Source: an uncultured Gammaproteobacteria bacterium
Lineage (GTDB): Bacteria > Pseudomonadota > Gammaproteobacteria > SZUA-140
Assembly: GCA_947258425.1 (NCBI GenBank)
Contig: CAMYIG010000002.1
Location: forward strand, 3,154-64,924
Length of the DNA: 61,771 nt
Reading direction: 5' to 3'
Shown here: positions 1 through 10,251 of the stretch, piece by piece
Layout: every line of letters starts with the position of its first letter
How positions within the stretch are numbered: position 1 is the first letter of the stretch
Program-made: the position numbers and the translations under genes
The notes under the pieces: model-generated
Told to the model about the DNA's origin: nothing
Seen by the model: the letters and a program-made list of their open reading frames with translations, nothing else
Databases searched by the model: none

Positions 1-374
1 ACTGTTAACAGGCGGTCGACCCCCACTGAGGTAATCATATCGGCAATGACCCGCGCACTGATCGGGACACGCGCTGAACGTGGCCGTCGATCCTGTCGTG
101 AATAGCCAAAATAGGGGATCACCGCGGTGATCCGGTCTGCCGATGAACGTCGAATCGCATCCACCATCACCAGCAGTTCCATCAGATTATCATTGGTCGG
201 CGCGCAAGTGGGCTGCACAATGAATACATCCTTACCACGGACATTCTCCATCACCTCGACCGCCACTTCACCATCGCTAAAGCGGTTTACATTCGCCTTA
301 CCTAGTGGCAGATTCAGGTAGCGTGCAATCGACTGCGCCAGCTGCGGATGGGCATTGCCACTGAAGACCATCAT
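1..374 (-). CDS. prs: Ribose-phosphate pyrophosphokinase, N-terminal part (3' end runs off the window)
   Basis: My own reverse-strand translation starts [79 protein letters not shown]...[12 protein letters not shown], a typical Prs N-terminus. The ATG is the complement of 372-374. It is absent from the ORF track because it is truncated. Confidence 0.9.
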   Translation of the reverse strand, partial: MMVFSGNAHPQLAQSIARYLNLPLGKANVNRFSDGEVAVEVMENVRGKDVFIVQPTCAPTNDNLMELLVMVDAIRRSSADRITAVIPYFGYSRQDRRPRSARVPISARVIADMITSVGVDRLLT

Positions 375-509
375 CTGGCCATCAGACGCATCATAGCCGC
401 CTGATCTACCGAGCAAACCGAAACGTGATCTGGAATAACCCAAGTTACTTACCTATTGGTTATTAAGTGCGCGACTGACAAACACCACCATCACGACACT
501 TAAAAAAGA

Positions 510-584
510 TGGCTGGGGCGCCAGGATTCGAACCTGGGTATGCTAGGATCAAAACCTAGTGCCTAGCCTCTTGGCGACGCCCCA
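510..584 (-). tRNA. tRNA-Gln (anticodon UUG)
   Basis: The reverse complement folds as a cloverleaf. The acceptor stem is TGGGGCG/CGCCCCA, the anticodon stem CTAGG/CCTAG with loop TTTTGAT (anticodon TTG), and the T arm CCAGG-TTCGAAT-CCTGG. It ends in an encoded GCCA and closely resembles E. coli tRNA-Gln. Confidence 0.9.
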
Positions 585-654
585 TTAATGGCCTGACTAC
601 AGGCCGTAAACACTTCACTTCAACCTACTTGCCGCTACCACCCACTCATCCATG

Positions 655-1506
655 CTAATCCATCATAAAAAGCGGGGAGCGATTCATCCCTTTTGCTACA
701 AAGCCCCGCCACTCATGCGGGAGCTTCTCCAGCACTTGCTGCGCTGCCGCCTGATCGGTAAATGGCGCAAACACACAGGCACCAGTACCACTCATCCGTG
801 CGGGCGCATATTTTAACAGGAAATCCAGCGCCTTAGCTACTGGTGGAAAGCCTTTTTTAACGACTGCCTCGCACACATTGGTGCCCTGCCCAGCAAGAAA
901 GTGCGATATTGTGATGGGATGACAATCGCGTGTCAAATCTGGCGCATTAAAAATCTCAACTGTCGACACCTGGCAGTCGGGTGCGATCACCAGATACCAC
1001 GGCTCTGCAGGCGCCTGCGTTCCATTTAAGGGGGTCAGTAGCTCGCCCACCCCCTCGGCCCACGCCGCCGTACCACGGATAAACACCGGCACATCGGCCC
1101 CCAGCTGTAGGCCCAGCGCCGCCAGTTCATCAATAGAGTAGCCCAGCTCACACAACGCATTGAGCGCAACCAGCGTGGTCGCCGCATTTGAACTGCCACC
1201 ACCCAGCCCGCCGCCCATCGGCAACCGTTTTTCGACCTCGATATCGACCCCCAACGGAGCGCCGCTATGCTGCTGCAATAGTTGCGCGGCCCGCACCACC
1301 AGATCCTGCTGCGCGGGCACACCGGGCAGCTCGGTCACCCGCCGGATTTCGCTATCATCACGCAGCGTAAAGACAAGTTCATCGCCATAATCGAGAAATT
1401 GAAATATCGTCTGCAACTGATGGTAGCCATCGGCGCGACGACCGGTGATATGTAAAAAAAGATTCAGCTTGGCCGGGGCAGGCCAGCGTTCGGGAACGGT
1501 TTTCAT
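655..1506 (-). CDS. ispE: 4-diphosphocytidyl-2-C-methyl-D-erythritol kinase
   Basis: 283-aa ORF with GHMP kinase motifs ([14 protein letters not shown]). It sits in the conserved prs-tRNA-ispE-lolB context. Confidence 0.95.
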   Translation of the reverse strand: MKTVPERWPAPAKLNLFLHITGRRADGYHQLQTIFQFLDYGDELVFTLRDDSEIRRVTELPGVPAQQDLVVRAAQLLQQHSGAPLGVDIEVEKRLPMGGGLGGGSSNAATTLVALNALCELGYSIDELAALGLQLGADVPVFIRGTAAWAEGVGELLTPLNGTQAPAEPWYLVIAPDCQVSTVEIFNAPDLTRDCHPITISHFLAGQGTNVCEAVVKKGFPPVAKALDFLLKYAPARMSGTGACVFAPFTDQAAAQQVLEKLPHEWRGFVAKGMNRSPLFMMD

Positions 1507-1508
1507 GA

Positions 1509-2201
1509 TTAGCGCTCCAGCCCCTGACTCACGACAGCCTGCCCTGTACCCGCTGCCGTGGCCACCGACCAGTGATCGATGACAAGCCGCACCCGCAAGT
1601 CTTCACGTGTTAGCACGATCTTTTTAGGCATGTCTAATGACCCGTCATTCCTATAATGCTGATACTCAATCTGCCAGCCCGCCTGGGTTAACCGCTGGAG
1701 TCGCCCCGACGCGTCCAACTTTTTGCGCAGTTCGACACCCGGCATGGGGAGCCCCACCACCCAGTACCGCAGCCCCTCCATCGGCACATGCCAGCCCAGC
1801 TCAACATCGAGCAGGGCCGAAATATCTGCCGCCGTGCGCACCTGATCATCGGGCAGATAGAGTGACGCGCTGAAGCCATCGCCTTTTAGTTGCGCGATGC
1901 GCTGCCCCAACATCGAAGAAAAACTGAGGTCAAACGACTCGGCCTGCTGCTGCCAGCGCAGGCTGGCACTCCATGACTCTGCACTATTCTTTACTGCGAT
2001 ACGACCGCCCATCTCCCAGCCATCCAGCGCGCTTAACTGCGCACGATGCGACGCCCACATCTGCTCCAATACGACGTCATCTAAGGCAGGTGCGGGAGGA
2101 CGCACGGCACAGCCGGCAAGCAACATGAGCGACAAGAGAACAGGCAAGACGCGGGCGCGACGGTTAACCCAGCGCAACCGAATTGAATGACAACACATCA
2201 T
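1509..2201 (-). CDS. lolB: Outer-membrane lipoprotein LolB
   Basis: ORF directly downstream of... rather, adjacent to ispE, with signal peptide and lipobox LLAGC. I place the start at the internal ATG (MMCCHS...), complement of 2199-2201, instead of the longest ORF (2264). Confidence 0.8.
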   Translation of the reverse strand: MMCCHSIRLRWVNRRARVLPVLLSLMLLAGCAVRPPAPALDDVVLEQMWASHRAQLSALDGWEMGGRIAVKNSAESWSASLRWQQQAESFDLSFSSMLGQRIAQLKGDGFSASLYLPDDQVRTAADISALLDVELGWHVPMEGLRYWVVGLPMPGVELRKKLDASGRLQRLTQAGWQIEYQHYRNDGSLDMPKKIVLTREDLRVRLVIDHWSVATAAGTGQAVVSQGLER

Positions 2202-2274
2202 AGATAGAAGAAGGATGGCCCGTTTGAATTGAACAATAGTATTCCCGCTGTCGTCCAGCGGCAACCACTAAACG

Positions 2275-4044
2275 CTACTGTTTGATAAAACGTTCCATCA
2301 CTTTCAGCAGGCGCTTATCGCCCGGCGAAACCTCCAGCGCCTGACGCCATATCTCACGCGCATCCTCGTGCTCACCATTGACCCATAACACCTCACCGAG
2401 GTGCGCCGCCACTTCGGAGTCATGACCGATCTCCAGCGATCTGCGCAGTGTCTTTATCGCTTCATTATATTTACCCAGACGGTAGAGTACCCACCCCATA
2501 CTGTCAAGAATGGCGTTGTCATCGGGACGCAATTCCAATGCCCGCTTGATATAGGCATGCGCCTCCTGATAGCGGTCGGTGCGATCGGCGAGGGTGTAAC
2601 CCAGGGCGTTGAGCGCATCGACATTGTCCGCATCGCGCACAATGATTGAGACCAGATCCTGCTCCGCAAGATCGAGCATATCCAGCCGCTCGGCGACCAT
2701 GGCACGCGCATAGCGCAGCGGCATACTCTCCGGCATCTCCAATAAGGCGTGATTAAAGAGCGCCAGTGCATCTTGATGACGTTCTGCATTGCGCAAGATA
2801 TCCCCTTCCACTAAAAAAACGCGCTGTCGTTCTGCCGGGACGTTGAGCTGCATCGAATGGAGATAGTCTCGCGCCCGCTCAACCTCACCCAATTCCGCTG
2901 TCATCACCGCCTGACGCACGCGCGCCTCTATCAGATTATCGCCACGTACCACAAAACTGTACTGCTCCATCGCCGCTGCGGGGTTTTCACGCAGCTCTTC
3001 CAGCTGTCCCAGATAAAAATAGGCGTCATCATTGCGCAGCCCGGTATCCCGCGCCTGACTGAGATAGTCATAGGCACTATCCTGGTCATCCAGTTGCAAC
3101 GCCAGCAGCCCCAGCGCGAACAGCACATCGACATCACCCGGCGTCTGCTTTATGACAATTTTATACTCGGCAAAGGCCTCTTCGTAATCACGCGAGTCAA
3201 CCAGTTGACGGGCATAGGTGAGACGCAGCAACGTCTCATCAGGCAAGGCATGCACTTTCTGACCGAGAAATTCTGTTGCCGCACTCTTATCCCCTTTGAG
3301 CTGCATAATACGGGTCTGCAACATAATTGCGCTGGGGTTTTCCGGCGCCAGATGGAGACTACGCTTAACCCCGGCATCGGCCTTATCGAGCATATTGGCG
3401 CGCAGTGCGAGGTGTGCATAGGCGTGCCACGCCGCATAATTTTCCTGATGTGCATCGACTAGCCGCTCCATTACCGACAGCGCCGCCTGCAGATCCTGCT
3501 CACGACTCAGCAGTGAGGCCACCAGCATAAAGCCACGTTCATCGTCATCACGCTCTTGCGCCAGCACATATTCCAGATGCTCAAGCGCCGCATCAGGTTT
3601 GCCACTGCGGATATAGGCCGCCGCGATCGCCTGTCGTGCCGCGAGGTTGGCCGGATCGATCTCGACCCAGAGCGTGGCCGCTTGCAGCGCGCTCTGCGAG
3701 TCACGCACAAACACTGCGATGCGGGTCGCTTTGGCCGCCAGACGCGGATCACGCGTTGTCTGTGCGAGACGATAGTAGTGCGTCAACCCCACCGCATAGT
3801 GACCACGCTGCAACGCCGTCTCCGCAACCAACAACTTATATAGGATATCGGGGGTCATCGGCACTGACGGCAATGTCACATTGTATTCTGCTTCTGTGGG
3901 GGCTTCGGCTGCATTCACCGCATCATCACTCACCAGTGCCGACTGTGAAGCGGCCTGCTTCGAGGTCATGGCACAGCCTGTCAACAGCCCCAGAAGGGCA
4001 ATTGAAGACAGCGTTACGCAGATATTTTTAACCGACAAAATCAT
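2275..4044 (-). CDS. TPR-repeat lipoprotein conserved upstream of lolB
   Basis: 589-aa ORF with signal peptide and lipobox LLTGC. Repeated TPR-like helical pairs run throughout. As I recall, Pseudomonas has a TPR protein in this position between hemA and lolB. Confidence 0.8.
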   Translation of the reverse strand: MILSVKNICVTLSSIALLGLLTGCAMTSKQAASQSALVSDDAVNAAEAPTEAEYNVTLPSVPMTPDILYKLLVAETALQRGHYAVGLTHYYRLAQTTRDPRLAAKATRIAVFVRDSQSALQAATLWVEIDPANLAARQAIAAAYIRSGKPDAALEHLEYVLAQERDDDERGFMLVASLLSREQDLQAALSVMERLVDAHQENYAAWHAYAHLALRANMLDKADAGVKRSLHLAPENPSAIMLQTRIMQLKGDKSAATEFLGQKVHALPDETLLRLTYARQLVDSRDYEEAFAEYKIVIKQTPGDVDVLFALGLLALQLDDQDSAYDYLSQARDTGLRNDDAYFYLGQLEELRENPAAAMEQYSFVVRGDNLIEARVRQAVMTAELGEVERARDYLHSMQLNVPAERQRVFLVEGDILRNAERHQDALALFNHALLEMPESMPLRYARAMVAERLDMLDLAEQDLVSIIVRDADNVDALNALGYTLADRTDRYQEAHAYIKRALELRPDDNAILDSMGWVLYRLGKYNEAIKTLRRSLEIGHDSEVAAHLGEVLWVNGEHEDAREIWRQALEVSPGDKRLLKVMERFIKQ

Positions 4045-4236
4045 TCCTTTCGCCCCGCTTGAGATAAATTTTCACCAAAAATCATACAATTTACATACCA
4101 TACGAATAATTAATGGGGACAGCTATGCCATTTTTCCATAAAATCGGTCAACATTCATAGCGTAACAGGTTAATATTAACCTCCCACCACATATATCGGG
4201 TGGTTTAATTTTTTTTGCAGCAACAGTTAGGTAAAC

Positions 4237-5499
4237 ATGGCACTTCTTGCCGTCGGACTCAATCATAAAACCGCCCCTGTTCAGATACGTGAACGGGTAG
4301 CGTTCGCGCCTGACCAGCTGCCGGAGACGCTGCGCAATCTGGCGTCTCAGACGAACATCAGCGAAGCGGCGATCCTCTCTACCTGCAATCGCACAGAGAT
4401 GCTCTGCTGTGTCGATGTTGCAGACAGCGCGATTATTATCGAATGGTTGCGCCAGCACCATCAATTTTCTGAAAACGAACTCAACCCTTATATGTACATT
4501 CACCCGGAGCAGATGGCGGTACGCCATATGTTACGCGTCGCAAGCGGTCTCGATTCGCTGGTGCTCGGTGAGCCACAGATTTTAGGGCAACTCAAAGACG
4601 CCTATTCCACCGCGAGAGAGGCCGGTACCGTCGGCACTCAGCTCAGCAAACTATTTGAGTATACTTTTTCAGTCGCGAAGCAGGTGCGTACCGACACGGC
4701 GATTGGTGCCAGCCCGGTATCCGTTGCCTTCTCTGCGGTCAGTCTCGCGAAACAGATCTTCAGCGACCTCAGCCAACACACTGCGCTGCTGATCGGCGCA
4801 GGTGAAACCATCGAACTCGCGGCACGCCACCTCAAAGAGAGCGGCATCAAACGACTCATCATCGCCAACCGCACCCTCGCCAGGGCAGAGGCGCTGGTCA
4901 AAGAGCTGGAGGGTTACGCGATTACACTCAGCGAGATCCCGGCACATCTGGCTGAGGCCGACATTGTGATCTCATCGACCGCCAGCCAGCTGCCGATTCT
5001 TGGCAAAGGTGCGGTAGAGCGTGCTATCAAGGCGCGCAAACATCAACCGATCCTGATGGTCGATATCGCCGTGCCACGTGACATCGAAGAAGAAGTCGGT
5101 GAGCTGGATGACATCTACCTTTATACCGTTGACGACCTCCAGGAGATCATCGACGAAGGACTACGTTCACGCCAGGAAGCGGCATTGCAGGCCGAAGAGA
5201 TCATCGACACGCAGGTCACCCATTTTATGGGCTGGCTGCGCTCGCTCGATGCGGTATCCACCATTCGCAGCTATCGTAGTAAGATTGATGTGATACGCGA
5301 AGCAGAACTCGACAAGGCCAGACGGATGCTGGCACAGGGCAACGACCCTGAAAAAGTGCTGGCCCAACTGGCCCGCAGCCTCACCAACAAAATCGCCCAC
5401 ACCCCCAGCGCACAGATGAAACAGGCCGGTTTCAATGGCCGCGTCGACCTGCTTGATGCGGCACGTGAACTGCTTGACCTCGACAACCCGGATAGTTAA
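4237..5499 (+). CDS. hemA: Glutamyl-tRNA reductase
   Basis: 420 aa starting [23 protein letters not shown], with STCNRTE containing the catalytic Cys. Followed by prfA. Confidence 0.95.
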   Translation: MALLAVGLNHKTAPVQIRERVAFAPDQLPETLRNLASQTNISEAAILSTCNRTEMLCCVDVADSAIIIEWLRQHHQFSENELNPYMYIHPEQMAVRHMLRVASGLDSLVLGEPQILGQLKDAYSTAREAGTVGTQLSKLFEYTFSVAKQVRTDTAIGASPVSVAFSAVSLAKQIFSDLSQHTALLIGAGETIELAARHLKESGIKRLIIANRTLARAEALVKELEGYAITLSEIPAHLAEADIVISSTASQLPILGKGAVERAIKARKHQPILMVDIAVPRDIEEEVGELDDIYLYTVDDLQEIIDEGLRSRQEAALQAEEIIDTQVTHFMGWLRSLDAVSTIRSYRSKIDVIREAELDKARRMLAQGNDPEKVLAQLARSLTNKIAHTPSAQMKQAGFNGRVDLLDAARELLDLDNPDS

Positions 5500-5502
5500 T
5501 AC

Positions 5503-6585
5503 GTGAAACCCTCAATAGTGCTCAAACTGGAGTCGATCTCTGACCGCATGCAGGAGCTCGAAGCACTGCTGGCAGATCCCGATACCATTAATAATCAGAA
5601 CCGCTTTCGCGAACTGTCGATGGAGTACTCACAGATCACGCCGATTGTTAACTGCTTTCATCGCTATCAGTCTGCGCAGAATGACGTCGCGGCAGCACAA
5701 GAAATGACGCAGGATGACGACGCTGAAATGCGCGCCATGGCCGAAGATGAGATCAGGGCATCACGCGCACAACTGGTCGAAATTGAAAGCGAAATACAGA
5801 CGCTACTACTGCCGGTCGACCCCCACGATAATGCCAATATCTTTCTTGAGATTCGCGCTGGCACCGGTGGCGATGAAGCCGCCATCTTTGCGGGCGACCT
5901 GTTCCGTATGTACTCATACTATGCTGAGATGAATCGCTGGCAGATTGAAGTCATCAGTGCCAATGCTGGCGAACACGGCGGCTATAAAGAGGTCATCGCC
6001 CGCATCACTGGCAAGGGTGTCTATTCAAAGCTAAAATTTGAGTCCGGCGCACACCGTGTACAGCGCGTGCCGGCAACGGAATCACAGGGGCGTATCCACA
6101 CCTCGGCCTGCACCGTCGCCGTGCTCCCTGAGCCCGATGAGATCGAACAGACCGAGATCAACCCCAGTGACCTCAAGATTGACACCTTCCGTGCCTCCGG
6201 TGCGGGCGGGCAGCACGTCAATAAAACCGACTCTGCGATTCGTATCGCCCATATTCCATCAGGCATCATCATCGAATGCCAGGACGAGCGTTCACAACAT
6301 AAAAACCGTGCGCGGGCGATGTCGCTACTGCAGGCAAAGCTGATGGCAGGCGCGCAGGAGAAGCAGGCGGCAGAGACTGCTGAAGCGCGCAAGTCACTGG
6401 TCGGCAGCGGCGATCGTTCGGAACGAATCCGCACCTATAATTTTCCACAGGGCCGCATGACCGATCATCGCATCAACCTGACGCTCTACAAACTGGATGA
6501 AATCATGGCAGGTAATCTGGAGCAGGTGATCAATCCATTGATCAATGAGTATCAGGCAGAACTGCTGGCGGCGTTATCGGAATAA
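5503..6585 (+). CDS. prfA: Peptide chain release factor 1 (GTG start)
   Basis: 360 aa containing the GGQ motif ([14 protein letters not shown]) and the PAT tripeptide ([10 protein letters not shown]). Confidence 0.97.
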   Translation: MKPSIVLKLESISDRMQELEALLADPDTINNQNRFRELSMEYSQITPIVNCFHRYQSAQNDVAAAQEMTQDDDAEMRAMAEDEIRASRAQLVEIESEIQTLLLPVDPHDNANIFLEIRAGTGGDEAAIFAGDLFRMYSYYAEMNRWQIEVISANAGEHGGYKEVIARITGKGVYSKLKFESGAHRVQRVPATESQGRIHTSACTVAVLPEPDEIEQTEINPSDLKIDTFRASGAGGQHVNKTDSAIRIAHIPSGIIIECQDERSQHKNRARAMSLLQAKLMAGAQEKQAAETAEARKSLVGSGDRSERIRTYNFPQGRMTDHRINLTLYKLDEIMAGNLEQVINPLINEYQAELLAALSE

Positions 6586-6622
6586 ACCGTTACCACAGTG
6601 TGCCCTGACTATTCGCCTCGTT

Positions 6623-7474
6623 ATGACTACCATTTGCAACGCACTCAATACGGCCGCCACCACGCTGGCCGCTCGTCATGATGCTGCAATGCTTGAGAGC
6701 GAAATATTACTCGCTTATACATTGGAAAAAACGCGCACCTGGCTATACACCTGGCCCGAGCGTGAACTGACTGCGACACAGCTCACCCGTTTCAATGCGC
6801 TGGTCGAACGGCGCCTACAAGGCGAGCCCTCCGCCTATATCACGGGTGAACGTGAGTTCTGGTCGCTGCCACTTGAGGTGACACCCGACACACTGATTCC
6901 GCGCCCCGAAACTGAGCTACTGATAGAACTCGCGCTTGAACTTATCCCGCAGGATGCGCCATGCAATATTGCAGATCTCGGCACCGGCAGCGGCGCCATT
7001 GCATTAGCACTCGCTAGCGAGCGGCCTTGCAGCCATGTTTGTGCGGTCGATGCTTCTGCGGACGCGCTCGCCGTTGCGGCACGCAACCGCGCCCGTCATG
7101 CGCTTAATAATGTCACACTATGCTGCGGCGACTGGCTCGACCCATTGTCTGAGCAAACCTTTCAGATGATCGTTTCTAACCCGCCGTATATCCGTGAAGA
7201 TGATGCGCATCTCGATCAAGGGGACCTACCGTTCGAACCCCGCAGCGCGTTGGTCGCGACCGATAATGGTCTGGATGATATTCGCAGGATTATTGCCGAT
7301 AGCCGCGCGCGCCTGGTCGCCAATGGCTGGCTGCTGATCGAACATGGCTATGATCAATCCATCGATGTCACACAACTCTTTTCACAACACGGCTATCACA
7401 ATGTCACCGCCCATCGCGATCTCAGTGGACAACCGCGCGTTGTCTCGGGGCAATCCCCCTCCACAATTAAATAA
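6623..7474 (+). CDS. prmC: Release-factor glutamine N5-methyltransferase
   Basis: Contains the SAM motif DLGTGSGAIA and the NPPY motif. I place the start at the ATG at 6623 (MTTICNAL), just after the prfA stop, rather than at the overlapping longest ORF. Confidence 0.9.
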   Translation: MTTICNALNTAATTLAARHDAAMLESEILLAYTLEKTRTWLYTWPERELTATQLTRFNALVERRLQGEPSAYITGEREFWSLPLEVTPDTLIPRPETELLIELALELIPQDAPCNIADLGTGSGAIALALASERPCSHVCAVDASADALAVAARNRARHALNNVTLCCGDWLDPLSEQTFQMIVSNPPYIREDDAHLDQGDLPFEPRSALVATDNGLDDIRRIIADSRARLVANGWLLIEHGYDQSIDVTQLFSQHGYHNVTAHRDLSGQPRVVSGQSPSTIK

Positions 7475-7478
7475 CATA

Positions 7479-7907
7479 ATGACTATACCTAAAAACATCA
7501 CCGAACAGATCAAACTCCCCCGCACACTGATCAACCAACTGATGACCCACTCACAAAGCCGCGAAGGAGAAGAGGTCTGTGGTTTTATTGCCAGTCGTAA
7601 TGGAGTACCGGTTAAAACATACCCGGTCACCAATATCGCTACACCTGTAACCAACCGTTTTGAGATGGAGCCACGGGCACAGATTGATACCATCAGAAAG
7701 ATGCGTGAACAGGGTGAAGAGATCTTTGCAATCTACCACTCGCACCCAACCTCACCTGCCGCACCGTCACAACAAGACATCAATGAGTTTAGTTACCCAG
7801 AGGCGCTGAGTCTGATCATCTCACTCAATACCAAAGGCGTACTGGAGATACGTGCGTATCGTATGCTGGCAAACGGCGCAATTGAGGTAACGATTGAAAC
7901 GACTTAA
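7479..7907 (+). CDS. JAB/MPN (JAMM) domain metalloprotease-like protein
   Basis: About 142 aa from the ATG at 7479, 5 nt after the prmC stop. The JAMM signature is visible: E..CG early on, then HSHPTSPAAPSQQD (H-x-H-x7-S-x2-D). Confidence 0.8.
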   Translation: MTIPKNITEQIKLPRTLINQLMTHSQSREGEEVCGFIASRNGVPVKTYPVTNIATPVTNRFEMEPRAQIDTIRKMREQGEEIFAIYHSHPTSPAAPSQQDINEFSYPEALSLIISLNTKGVLEIRAYRMLANGAIEVTIETT

Positions 7908-7913
7908 CAGTGG

Positions 7914-8105
7914 CTAATCATTTTCGTGCGAAACGATCACAGTTAAGTCACCCTCGCCATCTAACGACACATCAAAGTTGATGGGTCGACAACAAACCTC
8001 ACAGTCTTCAATGTAATTTTGCTGCAGCACTGAACAATCAACCAGCACCTCAATTGACTCACCGCAGTACGGGCACGCTATCGACCTCGATTCAAGTGCA
8101 TTCAT
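7914..8105 (-). CDS. Small CPxCG-type cysteine-rich (zinc-ribbon-like) protein
   Basis: 63 aa with CPYCG...CEVCC, four Cys arranged as two knuckles. It lies 27 nt downstream of the protease gene on the same strand. Confidence 0.65.
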   Translation of the reverse strand: MNALESRSIACPYCGESIEVLVDCSVLQQNYIEDCEVCCRPINFDVSLDGEGDLTVIVSHEND

Positions 8106-8132
8106 CTAACACGGCACACTAATAAGTCTATT

Positions 8133-9251
8133 CTAATCCTCATCATCAACATCCTGTTTTTTTAGATATGCCGAAAACTCTTTAACAACATTATCAATAG
8201 GAATAGCGATACCAAAACCTTCCGAACCAATCGATGCGGTCGACATCAATTTCTGCGTATTGACGCCCAGCACGCGCCCCTCTTCATCAACCAGCGGGCC
8301 ACCACTGTTACCCGGTAAAATCTGAGTATCGGTATAAATACTGTTGTCGCGCTTACTGGTAATAATCCCGGATGTCACAAAATCCTTTAACCCCAGAGGA
8401 CTGCCCATTGCATAGACCTTCATCCCCTGCCCCACTCTACCTATATGGGTAAGATCAATAAACGGTGTGATATGTCCATCCAGTTTAATTAACGCGAGGT
8501 CATGTTCCTTACTTAACTTTATTAATTTGGCCGTTACTTTTGTGCCGCCTTTTAGCGTTACCTTAAATTGACGTGAAAATTTTGCGCTGGCAGACTTAAA
8601 ACTGAAATCAGAGTCCTGACTGGAAAGTTCACGCTTCCGGCTATCGAGCCATTTCTTCCGCTCTCGATAATTTGACTTCATCTTATTCAGGCGCTTTTCA
8701 TAGATATCATACTCTGCGTAGGCCACCTTTTTTTCGCGATCATTATAACGATCAATATCTTTTTTATAATCGCTTAACTCAGCCTCCATATTTTTGAGCT
8801 GCTCAGCCCGCTCAGCCAACTCCCGCTCAGCGACTTTAATTTCAGCCTTCGCTTCGTCAAACTTTTTATCACTCTTTTTCCACGCCTTAAACTCAGTCGG
8901 CCTGACCACATGCTTATTCGTCACAATGTAACCATCATTACTCACAAAAAAACCAGAACCGGCCCCCAAGGATGTCTCTATCGACACCACTGCCAAAGTC
9001 GTTTTTTCGATGGTAGTTGCAGGGTTAAATTTATTGGTTAACTTCTCAGCAAGATTTTTTGATACAGAACTTTTCTTCTTACCTTTATAATTTAACGTTT
9101 CAGTTTTAAGGCCCCCTTTCGGCGGCTTATCGGTAAACTGCCATTTACCATTGGCATCTTTATATTTATAAATTTCAGCCATACTGGGTAATGAAAAAAA
9201 CATTAAGATAGCCCAGCAAATGACTAACGAAACAGGAGGCTTTCTAATCAT
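8133..9251 (-). CDS. Secreted DUF4124-like domain / coiled-coil / trypsin-like (S1) serine protease
   Basis: Signal peptide, then the IYKYKDANGKWQFTDKPP motif. Catalytic residues are recognisable as TNKHVV (His), HDLALIKL (Asp) and GNSGGPL (Ser). A long, highly charged K/E-rich segment lies between the His and Asp. Confidence 0.8.
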   Translation of the reverse strand: MIRKPPVSLVICWAILMFFSLPSMAEIYKYKDANGKWQFTDKPPKGGLKTETLNYKGKKKSSVSKNLAEKLTNKFNPATTIEKTTLAVVSIETSLGAGSGFFVSNDGYIVTNKHVVRPTEFKAWKKSDKKFDEAKAEIKVAERELAERAEQLKNMEAELSDYKKDIDRYNDREKKVAYAEYDIYEKRLNKMKSNYRERKKWLDSRKRELSSQDSDFSFKSASAKFSRQFKVTLKGGTKVTAKLIKLSKEHDLALIKLDGHITPFIDLTHIGRVGQGMKVYAMGSPLGLKDFVTSGIITSKRDNSIYTDTQILPGNSGGPLVDEEGRVLGVNTQKLMSTASIGSEGFGIAIPIDNVVKEFSAYLKKQDVDDED

Positions 9252-9259
9252 GATATTGA

Positions 9260-10243
9260 TTACGATGGTAGAAACTCAATGGGATATGAAACCGTCACTG
9301 TATCAACCTCTTTTTCACCAAAATTAAACTGTTTGATACGTGACAGAATACGACGTTCAAGCTTTGAATTATTGAGTTCACTAGACACAATTTTTACATC
9401 GACAACTTCACCAGAAGGCGCAATCACGATTTCCAGCACGATCAGTCCTTTCAAGCCGGGATCTGTACGACGTTCGCGATTGTAAATCGAAAAGAGCTTA
9501 CTCTTGTTTCGATCAAAGACCATCGTGATCTCTTCTTGACTACGCATGTTTATCTTAGCCTTGAGAATATCTGCCTGCTCAATTTCAAGCGTTGATTCAA
9601 CCTCGGTATGCTGCAAGGCGGCCAGTTCTGTTTGCGTAAGCCCAACATCACTAGAAAAATCTTTTTCGTTCACTCCGCCACTACTCTGGCTAACCTTTGA
9701 CGTCAACAACGACTTACTCACCGTTGCCACTTTATTATGAGAACCTGCTGTCAGTTTTTTTCTCGATTTTGTGGTCAGCACTGTTTTAATATCAGACGTA
9801 TCCATCAAGTCTTCGAGGCCTTTGCTTAACTCCAGCAAACCACTCTTCTGCGCCTTTTCACGCGCTGCCTTTTGCTTATCAGTCAGTGGCTTTTTCTTTT
9901 CCTGCTGTTTTTTAACCAGCTTCTTTTTCAGGCTCTCTTTGGGCTTTTCAACCTTTTTTTCAACCTTGGGCTTAGGTTTTGGTTTAGGCTTGGGCTTGGG
10001 TTTAGGCTTGGGTTTTGGTAACTCTATTTTCTTTGGCTTGGGCACCTGTCCAACAAACTTTGCTATTCGATCGGGTATGACGTGCGCCTTGCGTGCCTCT
10101 TTTGGCACTTCAATCCCCTGAATATAAAACACAATGCCGAACAGTAATGCCAGAAGTACAACGGCAATGATTTTAAATTTACGATCATCATTACGACTAG
10201 TGGTGCCGGCAAGCGCAAGATCTTTATAGGCAATAGCTGTCAT
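9260..10243 (-). CDS. TonB-like energy transducer
   Basis: It has an N-terminal TM helix (IIAVVLLALLFGIVFYI), a (KP)9 plus Lys-rich spacer, and a C-terminal TonB-like domain (LIVLEIVIAPSGEVVDVKIV...VSYPIEF). It directly follows two exbD genes. Confidence 0.8.
   Translation of the reverse strand: MTAIAYKDLALAGTTSRNDDRKFKIIAVVLLALLFGIVFYIQGIEVPKEARKAHVIPDRIAKFVGQVPKPKKIELPKPKPKPKPKPKPKPKPKVEKKVEKPKESLKKKLVKKQQEKKKPLTDKQKAAREKAQKSGLLELSKGLEDLMDTSDIKTVLTTKSRKKLTAGSHNKVATVSKSLLTSKVSQSSGGVNEKDFSSDVGLTQTELAALQHTEVESTLEIEQADILKAKINMRSQEEITMVFDRNKSKLFSIYNRERRTDPGLKGLIVLEIVIAPSGEVVDVKIVSSELNNSKLERRILSRIKQFNFGEKEVDTVTVSYPIEFLPS
9965..10018 (-). repeat. Nine tandem hexanucleotide units (YTTDGG on the + strand) encoding (Lys-Pro)9 of the TonB-like spacer
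   Basis: Read directly from the sequence: cttggg cttagg ttttgg tttagg cttggg cttggg tttagg cttggg ttttgg. Confidence 0.9.
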
Positions 10244-10251
10244 AACACGCT

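Noticed and set aside
127-321. 64-aa + strand ORF at the left edge
   Set aside because: It is antisense to the clearly recognisable prs N-terminal coding sequence.
510-584. tRNA-Gln as an integration site for the AT-rich islands
   Set aside because: The tRNA sits in the conserved prs-ispE interval, more than 7 kb from island 1 and more than 41 kb from island 2. No integrase or duplicated tRNA 3' fragment was seen next to either island.
9965-10018. Regularly spaced short repeats considered as a possible CRISPR or mobile-element remnant
   Set aside because: The units are 6 nt with no spacers, and they lie in frame inside the TonB-like gene encoding Lys-Pro. This is a coding tandem repeat, not a CRISPR array. 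No cas genes or spacer-repeat arrays occur anywhere in the window.
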